64,000 bases of DNA from Chrysomallon squamiferum (GCA_012295275.1 CM022665.1:48732001-48796000), one strand, 5' to 3'. Shown: positions 28,626-43,993, counted from the stretch's first letter. Translations and numbers: made by a program. The notes: a model not told the origin generated them from the sequence alone.

Positions 28626-30139
28626 AATATAACTACATTGGCTTGTTAGATAAATGTTGTTTGCTTATCCAGTTAAATGAATTAATAAATATGTTCTTAT
28701 GAGCTTTGTAATTTTTGACATGATTTTTGTATTTTTTGTTGGATGTAACTATAAAACAATCTGAACATATTATTAATCTTAAATAAAGCAATTTTATTTG
28801 GACTTCAGAAAATGAAAAGTCAAGTTGTAGCTTTATTTAATTTTTATCACATCAGATGATAACATTGTATTTATGTAAGATTCATAATTGGTGACGCTCA
28901 CCCAGATTTGTTTAATAAATTAATTTTTATTGTATTTTATTATTTGATTTCTTTATTTCGTTTATTAATTATTTTCTTTCTTCTTCTTCTTCTTCTACTT
29001 ATTATTATTATTATTATTATTATTATTTGACTAACAGCAGTTACATATGTAAGCGATATTCATAAGTTCTGTGTATGTATTAATGAGTTGTTAATTATCT
29101 AATATTTACTAATACCGCATCTAGACTACAGCATCATAATTTTAATTTAGAACTGAAAGGATATTTTAAAAAGATGAAAAGAAATCCATGTTCAGACAAA
29201 TTGTTTAGATCAACATGACATATATAAAACTCACGTAAGAACAGATACACAAACGTATAAAAACACGCATGGTCCCACAAGGGTCTATATGCTTGTGTTA
29301 GATCAGCACTGGACGCATGTCAAAAACGGTAAATGTTTTATAAATATTAAGCTCACCACAGAATATAATTATGGATCATAATAGTAAACTAATGTTTCGG
29401 TGCCCTTTCATAAAATATTGTTTTGAGACAGCACTGTACTTCGTACCAAAACTTGTATCATTACGTGGCACGGGGTGGATGGAGGGATAAAGAGATAGAG
29501 ACAATCTACAGTAAACCCATTGACTATAATGAACATCACAAAGACAACACGCGCGCACGCACACACCCACACCCACACACTTGTCTAGATTTTAACACTT
29601 TTTTAAAATACAACATTTTCACATCAATATTGTAACAGCCGCCAAGGAATTCATTTTTAAAATTAATTTATAAAATTTTCTAAAGTATAAATAATGCGAC
29701 AAAGATTCACAGTTTTATTTCAAAATGAATTTCAACATTTTCTTATTCCCGGCTTGTCGTAGTAAACAAAAGAAATGTGAAAATATTTTTTCAGTAATAA
29801 TTATTGTTTCTTTATTTCTGCTCAGTTAAATATACTTTTTTCTTTTTATTTCGATAAGCTACTCCTGAACTTGCCTTTTTCTTATATTTACTTTGTATTT
29901 AGTAAATTTTCTGTTTCTAATGATTTTCTAAGAAACTAATTTTAGAAATAAAAGTCACTGCATTTTGTAATCCATAACAGATATAATTCAAGTATGTGGG
30001 GTTCTCAGCACGTACATCGACGTATACCAGACAGCAAAAGGTTGTGACATATTTGTAAATGTAAAGTTAGAAAATATTGTCTAATGCAAGATGAAAAGCA
30101 AAATTGTTTGCGAAGTCCTGTCCTCAGGGTAAGTGCTGA

Positions 30140-30920
30140 CAACTAGTATAGCACTGTCTGATTTTTAAAAGAACGAGTACACAAACTAATAAAACATTGT
30201 ATATTATTTAAAACAACGAGTACATAAACTAGCAAAACACTGTCTGATTTAAAAAAAAAAGAGTAAACAAAATAATATAACTTTATACATCCCTTAAAAC
30301 AACAAGTACACAAAGTAGCATATCACTGTCTGATTTTTAAAACAACAGGTACACAAACTAATAAAACATTGTATATTATTTAAAACAACAGGTATACAAA
30401 TTAGTATAACACTGCATATTATTTAAAACAATAAGTACAAGAACCAGTATAACAGTCAAACTTATATAATACTTTGTACACACACTAGTATTACACTGTA
30501 TATTATTTAAAACAACGTGTACACAAACTGGTATAACACTGCATATTAGTTAAAACAACATGTACACAAACTGGTATAATACTGTATATTATTTAAAACA
30601 ACGTGTACACAAACTAATATAACACTATATTATTTAAAATAATGTGTACACAAACTAGTATAACACTGTATTATTTAAAATAATGTGTACACAAACTAGT
30701 ATAACACTATATTATTTAAAATAATGTGTACACAAACTAGTATAACACTGTATTATTTAAAACAACGTGTACAAAACTAGTATGACACTATATTAGTTAA
30801 AACAACCTGTATACAAACTAGTATGACACTGTATATTAGTTAAAACAACCTGTACACAAACTAATATAACATTGTCTATTATTTAAAACAAGACTGTATA
30901 TTATTTAAAACAACGTATGC
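30140..30920. repeat. 41-43-bp minisatellite (tattatttaaaacaacgtgtacacaaactagtataacactg)
   Basis: Tandem copies; related units at about 63505-63590. Confidence 0.9.
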
Positions 30921-30989
30921 ACTAACTAGTAAATTAGTATTTAGATCTAAAAGTTTCAGGTAAATATTTTTTATGTACAGCGAAACATT

Positions 30990-31313
30990 TTTATGTCCAG
31001 TACTTAGTGAAAACAGTGCAGATCGGTAGAAACAATATATAGTTTTTACATCTGTCCAACAGCAAAACAGGTGACTTCGACTCCAGATTAATGATAGCAT
31101 GCTATGTGTCTGAAACCAGTGCTTAGGAAAAAGAATAGAATTTGGGAATATGGTATTCTGTCTCTTGTGGATTTGCTGCAGGGTAGTTTTCTCAGGAAGA
31201 CAAATCTACTTCATTTTCAGGAATTCGTTTCTCAATTGTACTGTGTCTAAAGCAATCATCTTCGAGTTGTTTGAGTGTTCTCTTGTTTGAGCACAAGTTT
31301 CCATTCTCGTGAT
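30990..31313 (-). pseudogene. Decayed helicase motif I region of copy A
   Basis: Aligns with 680-1000 but has stops, deletions and a destroyed P-loop (GGCAGAAGTGGAACAGGAAAAACT became GACAGATGTAAAAACT). Confidence 0.85.
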
Positions 31314-31817
31314 TTATTTTGTATTTCTAATAACACGTTTAAGATGACTGTGATGAAGAACTATGTCAAAAATTCTGATAATCTCAGTGTTATGACCTTT
31401 CGTTTCATGCCCTTTTTTAGGTTCAGTCTGTCTTGGTGAAGAAGCAGTTACCTTATCCCATAAAATTCTTCCTCCCTTCGAAAATTTGGTTTCGAACAGA
31501 TTGGAAGTAGAAGGGTTACGATGAACAATTTTATATGAGACCCTTTGATCTGTTGCTAAAAGCTTAATTTTTTTAATCACTCGTTGCTTTATTTCTAACG
31601 GAACATTTTTGTCTTTAAGAGTTTTAAATACTTTAGCAGTATATTTGACTTCCCTCTCTAAGTTATCAAACACTTTAGGATCAATTTCTTCTTCATCTTC
31701 TTCTTCATCTTTTTCTTCATCTTCTTCTTCATCTTTTTCTTCATCTTTTTCTTCATCTTCTTCGAAAACCAATTCTGGGTCAACATCTTCTTCATATGTT
31801 TCCTCATTGTCTAAGTT
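31314..31817 (-). CDS. TRANK1: Copy A terminal exon: acidic linker plus RelE/ParE-like domain, then stop
   Basis: EVKYTAKVFKTLKD...IKLLA...LFETKFSKGGRILWD...IRIFDIVLHH; paralog of 634-1555. Confidence 0.75.
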   Translation of the reverse strand, partial: NLDNEETYEEDVDPELVFEEDEEKDEEKDEEEDEEKDEEEDEEEIDPKVFDNLEREVKYTAKVFKTLKDKNVPLEIKQRVIKKIKLLATDQRVSYKIVHRNPSTSNLFETKFSKGGRILWDKVTASSPRQTEPKKGHETKGHNTEIIRIFDIVLHHSHLKRVIRNTK

Positions 31818-33391
31818 CTATAAAAAAACAAAAAACAAAAAACAACAAAGATAGATATACAAAAAATAGCAAAATCAATTGTTTCATCTATAAGCTATTA
31901 TATTATCAGATTATACTCTTAAAAAGCAGAAAATAAACCATCTCTCTAACTTTATATATGATCTGCATCATAACTTGTAATACCTTAGCTGCTATACTTT
32001 CTTCAGCTGATTCTGAAGTTGCAGTTTCCAGTTCATCAGCTGATGTTTGTGATACATACTCATTTTGTTTTGATCCATGTTGTTTAGAATCATCTGACTT
32101 GCAGTCAGAGAGGTTATTTATCAGTTTCTCTATGTCGTCTTTACATGGGACAGCTACATGCAGAAACTGAGCACGTTGGTCATTCTTATCTGTTAGGTAC
32201 TGAACAGCCATTTTCCCTTCATTGTTTGTAACATCCAGTGGAACCTATTGACAAAGAAATTAAAAATAAATGTCTCAATTGCTTTCTTAATATTACACAT
32301 CTATAAAACAATCTATATAGGTCTGACTTATCAAATAGAATTTTCTGAGTAATACTTTAGAAACAATTCATATATGTTGTCACATTCTCCTCTGAAAATA
32401 GGACCAATCTAATCTACATACTCATCATTTTTTAAGAATTGCATTTGGTTTTGTTAGTGCATCAAATGATCCTCTAATTAAACAGAATTAAAAACATGAT
32501 GTACTAACAGTTGGAGTGTTTATTAGATTATTTCCTGTGTTTTTTTCAGTATTGCATGATTCTGCTAACAAAGCCTGTGATATGGACTAAGACATATTAA
32601 CTTTTTTTTTTTTTTTTTTTGTACTAACAGTTGGAGTGTCTATTAGATTATTTTCTGTTTATTTCAGTACTGCATGATTCTGGTAACAAAGTCTATTATA
32701 TGATGTCTTAGTTTTAAAAGAAGATTGTATTAAATATTCCTTGCTAACCTATATATATATGATGTACTCAGACATATTAACTTTTTATTTTATATTACAT
32801 GATAATATTATCATAATGATACGTAGGTGTTGTTGCTATTTTTGTTTTGTAATAAATATACACTGATAACCTACATACACGAAGTACTAACATGTAGGAA
32901 TGTCTATTATGTTATTAACTTTGTTTTTAGTATTACATGATCCTATTATTAAAAACAATAAAATGTATGTTATTATTATTTTATTTTATTTAATTTTTTT
33001 TTGTATTAACTATCGATTGATAATCTTGATTAGTCATGGTCAAACTGCGGCCTGCGCGGCTTTCTAAGTGTCCCGCCTAATGTCACAAAGAAAAAACATT
33101 TAATGCAAAAATATTAATCATATATATGATTTGTTATAATAAAATGACCCTATTATATATCTACCAATATATCTTCATTCATTGTATTTAAACTGTTTTG
33201 TGATTTTTTGATAAAGTGAGTCTATTTTGTATCCAGTAATATAATAAAAGACATGTAATTTTTTTTTATTATAACAGCTGCTGAAGTAACAGAAACTGAA
33301 AAATTTCTTAAAATAAACTCTACGTAAAAACACAAATTTATTTTGCCATGTATGGGCCTACGCAGCCGGAATCGCTTATCGCTGATACAGA

Positions 33392-33431
<40 letters not shown>

Positions 33432-36400
33432 GAACTAGAATTATAATCTTTTATTGTCTCATGTGGTCCATTTCTCGAAAAAGATTGCCCATGCCTGATC
33501 TACATACATATTCTACTAACATGTGTATGTACAAGCACATCTCACAGCCTTTGATAATGGGATCATGTAATAGCAATAGTTAATAACATAACCATGATAC
33601 CTATTAGTACATCATTTATGTACTTTAACAAGAAATATTAAATATAACCTTCAAGTAAATTCCAAAGCACATGTCACAGGTTTTGATAATAGAATAATGT
33701 AGTGCTGACAGAAATAGTTAATAACATAACCATGATACATGTTAGTTGATCATTTATTCACATTAGCAAGACATATCTAAAATAACCTTCAATGTTACTA
33801 ACTATTCCTGTCATCACTACATTATTCTGTTATGACAGCCTACAACATGTGCTTTTGGATTAATTCGAAGGTTATTTTAGATATATCTTGCTAATGTGAA
33901 TAAATGATGTACTAATAGGTATCATGGTTATGTTATTAACTATTGCTATTACATGATCCTTTTATCAAAGGCTGTGAGATGTGCTTGTTACATTAAATTT
34001 CTTCTTCATGTCAGTATTAAACAGGAGTTAAAAAATAAAGGCTAACCATTTAACAAAATATGATGAAATCATGTTTTATTGAAAAACATTATTAAATTTA
34101 AAAACAACATTCAAATACATACAACATATAATATGTTAAATAATCATAATATCAGCAGGAATCTGCCCAAATTGGAAATATGATGGGTATTGCCATTAAA
34201 TGCTTAAAATGTATATGGAGTAGAGTGTATACATGCTCTGAAGTGAATTGCTGAAGATATATTTCAATACACTGTATTATAACTCAAAGAGAGCTGAAGT
34301 TTACTTGATTAACAGTGAAAACTCAAACACCTGCAGCTCACAGAGTCTTTCCACAACTTTCAGAGAATGCTTGTTAAACCTGCATCTGCAGGCAATATGT
34401 AAAAGACTGTTGCCGTCTTTGTCCTGGCGTGAAGGGTTCAAACATTTGTACTTTTCTGAGTCTTCTTTGTAAAGTGAGAGAAACTTATCAAACAGTTGAA
34501 AGTTTCCTAAAATGTGATAAACAAAAAAGAAAACAAAACTGATTATGTATTAATTTTCATTTTCAAACATAAATTATAAAATTTGAAATAGTATTTTACC
34601 ACAGTTTTGATGTTGGAAAGAGAAGGTTTTGTTAGACTTTTCAGACTAAAATAATAACATTTATCCATCAGCTTTTTTAGTAAACAGTAACTTTGTATTA
34701 CAACTAATTTCTGTACCTAAACTTAAAGAAATGTCAAAAACAATCCCTCAGAAATCAGATTCTCTGTTGATTTTGCCAAAATTATAAATACAAATTAATA
34801 AATATGTTTAACAGTTCCTAACAGGTAATTTATTATTCATATACATATTATAACTGTTATTTAAAAGAAAAGAAAAAAAGAATAACAAGCCTTTGTCTTT
34901 TTCTAAAGCCACAGTCAAAGCAGCATGAATAGGTGTGTCTTCTGGAGTGAGGCTGAAGAAAGATGGACTGATTCCATGATCTATAAGCCATTTAACAACT
35001 CTGAATTCCAGTTGTGAGACTGCAGCACGCAGCATAGAAACATCATCCGCTGGCAACACTGCACCATGAGAGGATATCAGATTAAGAAGTTTCAGACGTA
35101 GGGATTCTGATCCTCGAAGAGATGAGCTCTTCACAAGCTGTACCAGTGAAATGGTGGTTGCAAATGTTGATAACTTTTTCTTTCCATGTTTTGAATCATA
35201 TTTCTTTACTGCTGCATCAATCTGTCGGCATTTATCTTTCTTGGCAAATGTTTCTAGAATGGATTTATAATGTTTAACAGAAAAAGATGTCATACAACAT
35301 GGAATATCTGTGAAAATTGTAAAGGTTTTTACAGAATAATACAGAGCATGATATATTTAAAGGATAATTTCAAAATCTGTTTTATGGGATAACTGAGATT
35401 ATTCTTATATGCATCTTGAATGTAAAGTCAAATAACCCCAAGAAACAAATATAATTAATATTAAATTGGAAAAGGTCATAAATATACACTAGATTGTTTG
35501 CTTGAAATATTAAAATAAAGTCTAATGATATAAATAGTTTAAATTACTCCAAATAAAGGTTAGTATGTTGACCTAATTGCTTGCTGAATATAAGTAATCA
35601 CATAACAGACATTTAAATTGAAAATAACAAACCTGGATTAAGCATTTTCCCCAACTCATCCACAATGATATCAGCACTTTGAGCAGACAGTTGTTGATGT
35701 TTAGTTTCTTTGTGAGATTTATTAATGACATCAACAAGATTTTTTATTCCTTTTGTGTTTTCTCCCTCAGTGATGAGATCTTTTGCATCAGCTACTAGTT
35801 TTTCACAAAGCTGACAACCAACCAGAGAATCTTCATTCTTCTTTTGCAAAGGTTTAGAGGGCTGAACTTTACAAAAATCTACAAAGTACAGAAATTTATA
35901 TTTTAATTTTGTCATTTACACTACATTAACTAAATTATTACAGAAAAATTTAACTTGAAACATTCACCTTCTCTTTTTACATCTCTGTCATAGACCAAAC
36001 ATCTTCACCACACAAAAACTACATTCTGTTCTCAAACATAAAGCCAATGTTCCCAATGTTCAAAAGAATGAGAAATATTAGTGTAGAAGTTATGACAGTA
36101 ATTGTTACAGTTTATCATCTGAAACTAAACTCTAGTTTAAACTGTTTACCTTTCTCAGCAGATTCCAAAAGCATTTTCAGTCTCTGGTCTCCAGATCTCA
36201 AGCATTCGAGAGCTTTCTTTTGTAAATTATTAGTGATTAATGGATTAGCTCCAGACTTCAAAAGTAAAGACACAACATAATATTTGTACTCTATATTGCA
36301 GTCAGTCATCACTGCAAAATGAAGTACAGTATTGCCATTTCTGTCTTGAATGTTTAGCTCATTCAGTGGAACTGCCTTTTTATCTACCAACCATTTAAAA

Positions 36401-38712
36401 ACACTGTCTATTCCTAAAAGAATTAGTATATAAAATTAAAAATTTAAGAGAGAGGGAGAGAAAGAGAGAGAACAATAATGAAAAATATTAAATATTAAGA
36501 CTACAGAATCTAAAGAAATTTAAAAAAAAGGAAATAACAAACTTTCAGTCAAACAGATAAATATATTTGTATACAATTATAATGGAGTGTGATAAACAAA
36601 CTGTGATAGTAATAATGTTTCATAATAAAAAAAAAACAATATGGATAAATATGTAGCTATTTAGCACATTCAGCTTTAACATATTTAATATTATGGAAGG
36701 AGCAACTAAATATATATTTCAATGAATAGTATATTTCATACAAGTACTTAAAAAGAAGAAAGGAAATAATTCTAAAGTTTATATTAAAACTGTATTGCTC
36801 AAATGTAAAAGACAGATGATATTTACCAGTCAAAAAATAGATTAGTGCTCCTGCATGTAAGTATGTATCACCATCATCAAATGATAAAGTTCTGTGATTA
36901 GACCCATTCTGTAGCAACATCAAGATGAAGTCCAACGACCAGACATGATTAGGCATTTCCTTTTTCTTACAAAATGGTTTCAAATCTAATGACAACTTGT
37001 CTGTGTTACTTTTTATTTGCTGAAATGCCATATAGCCATGCTCCCAGATACGATTCTGACTAATGAAATTGTAAGCTGTTAATACCCAGACTGAATCTTT
37101 GACTGGGTTTAGGCCAGGAATTTCTTGGCCAGATGTTTCTTAAAAAAAAAAATAAAAAAATATAAATGAAAGAAAAAACAAAATTACAAATTACCTTTGT
37201 AGAAAACAATTCTATTTTTAAATACTTTATTAGAAAATAATTATTAAGTTAAATACTATAAACATAGATACAGTTAACAAAGATGGTATAGATTAATATT
37301 TATAAAAAGCAATTAAAATGGACAAGCTTAACATTTTCATATATTTTAATGCCTTGAATTCTTCAACAATTTTTTATAAATTATCTTGCTATAAAGGCAT
37401 CTGAAATCCAATATATGTTACCTAAGTTTATTAATATAAAGTTAAGAAACAGTCGTGTAAAACACAGAAAATGTAACAAATTTATTGATGTAAAGTTATG
37501 TAATAACATGTACCATTATGCCCAGACATGAACAAAATAAAATGTACACAGTTTTTAATACTGTAATAAAAAGAAAATAAGAATTTATTAATTAGAAAAA
37601 AGAATAAAATAAAAATAATCTCTTTTAATCTGCTGAAGAAATTTTCGATCTATACATTGTAGCTCTTCTAAATGTGAATATTTAAAAATTCTACAGCTAT
37701 TATCTTACCTTTACTCTCCACCTGATGAAAAAGAATGATAATCTCTGAAAGAATCTCAGTCTGAATACGAATGTCAGCTGTGGCTGGTAGCAAGTTGTAA
37801 GCATTGACGAAAGCTTTCAATGCATTCTTTGCCATATTCAAAGCCTGGAATGAACGTCCAACTCTGACATGAGCCTGAAAATATATTTTTATGTCATTCA
37901 AATGCATTATAATTGTGTATTAGTTGTTATTAAAAAATATCTCTAAAATATTACATTTAAAACTCAACATTTAAATGTTACTATTCTCAGTTATTCCATT
38001 TAAATGTCTTGTAATACACCAAAACCAAACATATCTCTAAACTATTACATCTAAATGTGTTATGACAGAAAACATTTCTATAATTTTAAAATGTGAAACC
38101 TCTATTTAGTTAACTAAGATATTTTACATGTGATATGTATTCTGAATTATCTGTAAATAATTATAAAAAATATTTGTTTATCACTACATTTAAAATATGT
38201 TGTAATCAAATGTTTTTACTGAAAAAAATCTACATCAGTATATTTCAATTATTTTCTTATTATCACACTGTTTTCCTTTACTGCAAAATGATGTATTTTT
38301 CACATTTATTTAAAAATGTTATTTTTCATAACCGCATAGTCTGTTTTAACTTATGTATAAAAATAAATACAAAATTATACAATTAACCCCAGAGCTTACT
38401 TTATATCTTAACATTACTGAGTTAATAGAAACAGTCTATACTCTTACTTATCCAGAATGCATATATAAATTTCATTTAACTTTGTGCATGATATATGGAA
38501 TAAAAGTATTTTTGTCATCAGATATTTTTCAGTATAGCAAGTTAGTTTTATCAACCATTCAATACAAACATAAATTTATATATTAAATTAATTTTTATAA
38601 AATGTTTCGAAAGTTTTATATATGAGTAAATATTGCAATTTTTCTTTCTTTCATTTATTTGTAATTTTTAATTTTATTATTATTAAATGTATTATTATTA
38701 TTATTGTTGTTG

Positions 38713-38744
<32 letters not shown>

Positions 38745-41700
38745 CTTTTAGGTTGTTGGGGCTTATTTACTTGGTTTTTATTTCATTTCATTTTATTCTA
38801 TTCAGTTCTGTTTTATTTTATCTAATAAACAGTGATACTTTGTGCCAGTTTTGGTCATACTCCACACTTTGGCTGGCATCATGAAGTGCTTCTTTTGGCT
38901 GACCAAGTTTGAGAAAACACTCTGCTCTGTTTCCATACAACACTGATAAATCATGGCATTCTTCTTGTGTCAGGTCTGAGATGGAATCTTTCCTTTCTGT
39001 GTGAAGTTTTATAGCCTCATTGTAATGACAAACAGCTGCTGGATAGTTCTGTTTTTTGAACTCCTTGTTACCTTCTTCTTTAAATAATTTTGTATTTGAT
39101 AGTACATCCAGATTTCTGGTGATTGTAGGCTCTGAAGGTTTCACTGAAAACAGAAAAGTAGCTAAAAACACAAAATGGCTAAAAGTATTTACTGTAAGTT
39201 ACTCTGTGAAACAAAAAAGAATGTTGTGCCTAGTCACTTTTAAAAATCAAACTACTTTCAGTTGTCATTTCAGGTATTGAATGCATATTAAAGACTGCAG
39301 CTTCAAATTTCTTTTATGAAATAATCTGCTGAAAAATACAATTCATGTCATACAAATCTTTTTGGTTTTTACTGGTATTTTAGCACTTCATGACTTAAAA
39401 TTTTGTCATAATTTGTATACATGTTTATAGTTTTAATAGCAATACAAATTTTAGATGCCAATTTTCCATTAATTTTATTCTGTCTGTTACTGTAAATAGA
39501 AATACATTTATAAATACCATGTTTATCACAAGTGAGGAGTCTGCCAAGAGAACTATTAGGTGGCACCAGATCTTGAGGTCTCAAGAAATTGTTATCACAT
39601 ACATTTGCATCAAACCTGTAGTCAAGTAATATCTGAGTAAGTTTTACACCAATTGCTGATTCTCCTTTGTCAGAAAGATCACAAATGATATGAAACAATG
39701 TTTTCCCTTTGTCATTTTGTAGCTGTGTCTGTCTGGTAAGCTCTGGATCAATCTTCAGAACCTGACACATCAAGGCAGCATTTCCTGACAAAAAAATGTT
39801 TTTATATCATTACACAAAAATTAATTTTGTTTAAACTCATACATATATCATGTATGAAGACTTTAAAACCAGTAGGAATTCGTCAATTTCTAATCGTTGT
39901 TTTGTAAAATGTTTGTCTCAAATCTAAAACATTTGAAACATGACACTGAAAAACAGTGTTTTACATATTAATATACTGATGATTTATTATTGATTATTAG
40001 ATATCAGGCATTTATTTTAACAGATCCAAAACAGGTAAACAAAGGATTTTATTACTGATAAACTAAAGGATTCGATATGCACAGAGCAATTGTGACTCTG
40101 GTACTTCTTTGTATAGTCACTGGTGATGTATCAAAATGAACAAGCTCACAGTTGATCCAGTGAACGACCATATTTGATGGCTGAGCTGTGGCAACAACAG
40201 TTACTGGTTTTAGAAAAGCTTATGACAGTTTAGCAGAGTGTTATTTTAAATATTACTAGTCAAACTATGCACATATTTCTTTTGTTTTCAAAAAGAATCA
40301 CATAACTTGCCATTTTCTTAAATTGTTTATTACAATTATATGATATATTAAAACATTTAAAAAAAAAAAAAATTAATAATAACAGTTATTTAACAATGGA
40401 CATTAAAAAACAAAGCAAAATCAACTAACTAATCAGCACTAAATGTAAAAAAAATCTAACCTGAATTAACTGATAAAAGAACCAACCAGCCAACACAAAC
40501 ACTAACTGAATGAACAGAATAAAAATAACCTGCTAACATGCACATTTTGATGACAGTGTGAAATGGTGGTGTGTTTGTTGATGTTGTCAGTGTTTCCAGT
40601 GAGGCATTCTGTGACAGTAAAACCATTAACAGCTCATCAGCCCAAGCAATGGCTTCAGGAGCATCAGCAATGGAATGAAGTGTAGCAGATGAAGCAGGGA
40701 ATTTTGCAGCTATTCCTTTTGGCTTTGGACAAAAATCTGTATCCTTTACCACCATACCAGCCTAAATATAAACAATAAAGGAAAAAACCAGAATCCCATA
40801 TATTGTTTTAATTACTTCTTTTGTATTCAATTACTTATGTATGAAATTTTTTCTATTATAAATTTTTTCATGAGGAATATTTTTTATTATGAACTGGTAA
40901 AGACTCTTGGAGAATAACTCACCTGTGGGAGAGGTACAGGTTTGTAATTAACTCCCATCACCAAGATTTTCACAGACAACCAGTTTCCATGTATACTGAG
41001 TGTTTCAACAATTTTCAGCCAAGAAGCAGAATAATGCTGAGATATTTCACTGAGTTTATTCAGTAATATCGAGCCTTTCAACAGTAATAAAAATTAAAAT
41101 ATTGTAATAGTAAAATTAATAATAATTATAGTCATAATATGAACAACAATAATAATCATACTTAAAAACTAACAGCAATTACAAAATGTAAAATGACAGT
41201 TTTTATACAGTTTAATTCTGGGTTTTTTACAGTTTATGTTCTTCTATCAGATGTATAAATAAATAGATGAAGTATATATATTAATAAACTTTTGTGGTTC
41301 AGTCAATGTAATTTTTCTACTAAGTAGTTAGTTTCCCTAAATGAAATACATCTATCTATATTCATAGCTAGTTAGTGGTTTTAGAAAATAAACAAGTAGG
41401 AAAATAATACCTGAATTTTCAAGAGGGGGTAACAAGCGTGCTATCTCCAGCAGAAAACGTGTTTTTGAATTTTCATCAGGATGACCTGCCTGAATGAGCC
41501 CAGATATAAAAATATCAAAGGCTTCAGAAAATTTATGTTCTGATTTGTAAGCTTGGCCTTGTTCATATGATCTCTGGCAAAGAGTATAAGTATAACAGAG
41601 TTGTTTAAAAGTGACATGTATAACAAAGAGTTGTTTAAAAGTGACAGGTACAACAAAGATTTGTTTAAAAGTGACATGTATAACAAAGAGTTGTTTAAAA

Positions 41701-42856
41701 GTGACACATATAACAAAGATTTGTTTAAAAGTGACACATATAACAAAGAGTTGTTTAAAAGTGACATGTATAACAAAGAGTTGTATAAAAATGACATGTA
41801 TAACAAAGAGTTGTTTAAAAGTGACAGGTACAACAAAGAATTGTATAAAAGTGACATGTATAACAAAGAGTTGTTTAAAAGTGACATATATAACAAAGAG
41901 TTGTTTAAAAGTGACATGTATAACAAAGAGTTGTTTAAAAGTGACACATATAACAAAGATTTGTTTAAAAGTGACACATATAACAAAGAGTTGTTTAAAA
42001 GTGACATGTATAACAAAGAGTTGTTTAAAAGTGACATTTATAACAGAGTTGTTTAAAAGTGACATATATAACAAGGAGTTGTATAAAAGTGACATGTACA
42101 ACAAAGAGTTGCATAAAAGTGACATATATAACAAAGATTCGTTTAAAAGTGACATATATAACAAAGAATTTAGATTGAAATACAAAATTTGTAATGAATT
42201 CTAGATAGTTTTAATTTATAGTGAAAAATGATAATTGTTATTTTGTTAATTTATACATATATTTTTTTAATTTATAATGTTAAAATGATAATTATTATTT
42301 TGTAAATTTACATTTTCTTATTTATTTATAATGATAAAATTATAACTATTGTTTTGCAAATGTTATTTAATTGTTTAATTGATAATGATAAAATTGTTAA
42401 CCAATATTTTGTAAATGTATATATAAAATTGTTATTTATATTTAATGGTTTGATGAGCTAAAACGGTTAAAACTTTTTACCATTTGGAGATCTATGATCT
42501 TACTTAAGATGTGTGAATGCTTTCAGACTGGCAGTTAAGTGAACAATGCTTGTTGTATAATTATAATGCTGATATGATATGTTAATTATTTTTCTTATTC
42601 ATTCTGATGTATGATTTGATGGCATCTAAATTAGATTACTGTCATAAATAAAAGCAACATGAACAAGTAACATGAGACTGAAATATATTCTCTGACCCCC
42701 CACACAGCCACACCAATACACACATTTAATTTAGACTGATATTTATTAAAACATAATTATAATTATTGGCTTCTGTTATATTCTATAATATTTTCTGACC
42801 AAGATCATCACTGACTGTCATTTGAACTTTATAGACAAAATAATAATAATAATAAC

Positions 42857-42920
<64 letters not shown>

Positions 42921-43942
42921 GTCCAAGTTTGGCTGCAAAGAAACTGTAATTTTGCACTATCACTGTAATTTTGTCCAGTATCACAAATATTATTTAACTT
43001 TGTACAACTGTTCTGGGGTCATCTGATTCATGACTATAATTAATAATTATTGCTAAAATAAAATAAAATATTTTATACATTTTAAAGTATTAAAATTTTT
43101 CAACACTAAATTACTGGACATACATACTGTATTTTGTAGCATGATGAAATTATCTTTGGACTTGTACAAAATATTTCTTTACTTCCTTGCACACTGGTTT
43201 CAGTTCAACCAAAATATCAAGGGACGTAATTCTGAATGACAAGTTACAAACTACATTTATGGGAGTAATTATTACTATTATTTGCTTATTTTTAAACTGT
43301 TAATATATATATATTTATAAAACAGTGATCAAATTCTCAGGTGAAACTGACCATGTTGATTATAATTCATTTGTTTCATTGCATATTTCAGCCTTAACAT
43401 TCTTTACAAATCAACTTATTATTATCAGCATTTAAATATTAGTTTTCCAAATATTGTTTTAAATAAACAGACATGCACATTTTCCTTTTTCTTCTGTTTC
43501 ATAGTATTTATGTAAGAGTGTTTCTCTACATCTCTTCCTACATTTTATATTTATTTTCCTTCTTACAAACCTGCACAAAGTGACATAAAAATACCTGAAA
43601 TAATTATAGACTTTCTTACAAATATTTAGACAATAAGTCTGAAAGGAAAATAAAATTGAATAGCCTTTTTTGTTCTGAAATATTTTGTATTTACTTTTAA
43701 GTTTTTACTTTAAGTTTACTTAAAATATCAAGACATGAATTCAAAAGAATAAATAACCTATATCAATTACTATTTTTTTCTCCTCTTTATTTCATAGTTT
43801 TGGAAGCTACTAGTTACATTTATTAAATAGATGTCTATCTTTATTTTAGTTCCCTTATAAGAAACCATCTACTTTAAGTTTACGTAAAATATCAAGATAT
43901 GAATAAATAATCTATAAAAACTACTATTTTTTATTTTAGAAG

Positions 43943-43993
<51 letters not shown>

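Noticed and set aside
41441-42204. Long ORFs on both strands (KSDMYNKELF, SLLNNSLLY repeats)
   Set aside because: Translations of a stop-free 30-bp minisatellite; only 41411-41573 is an exon
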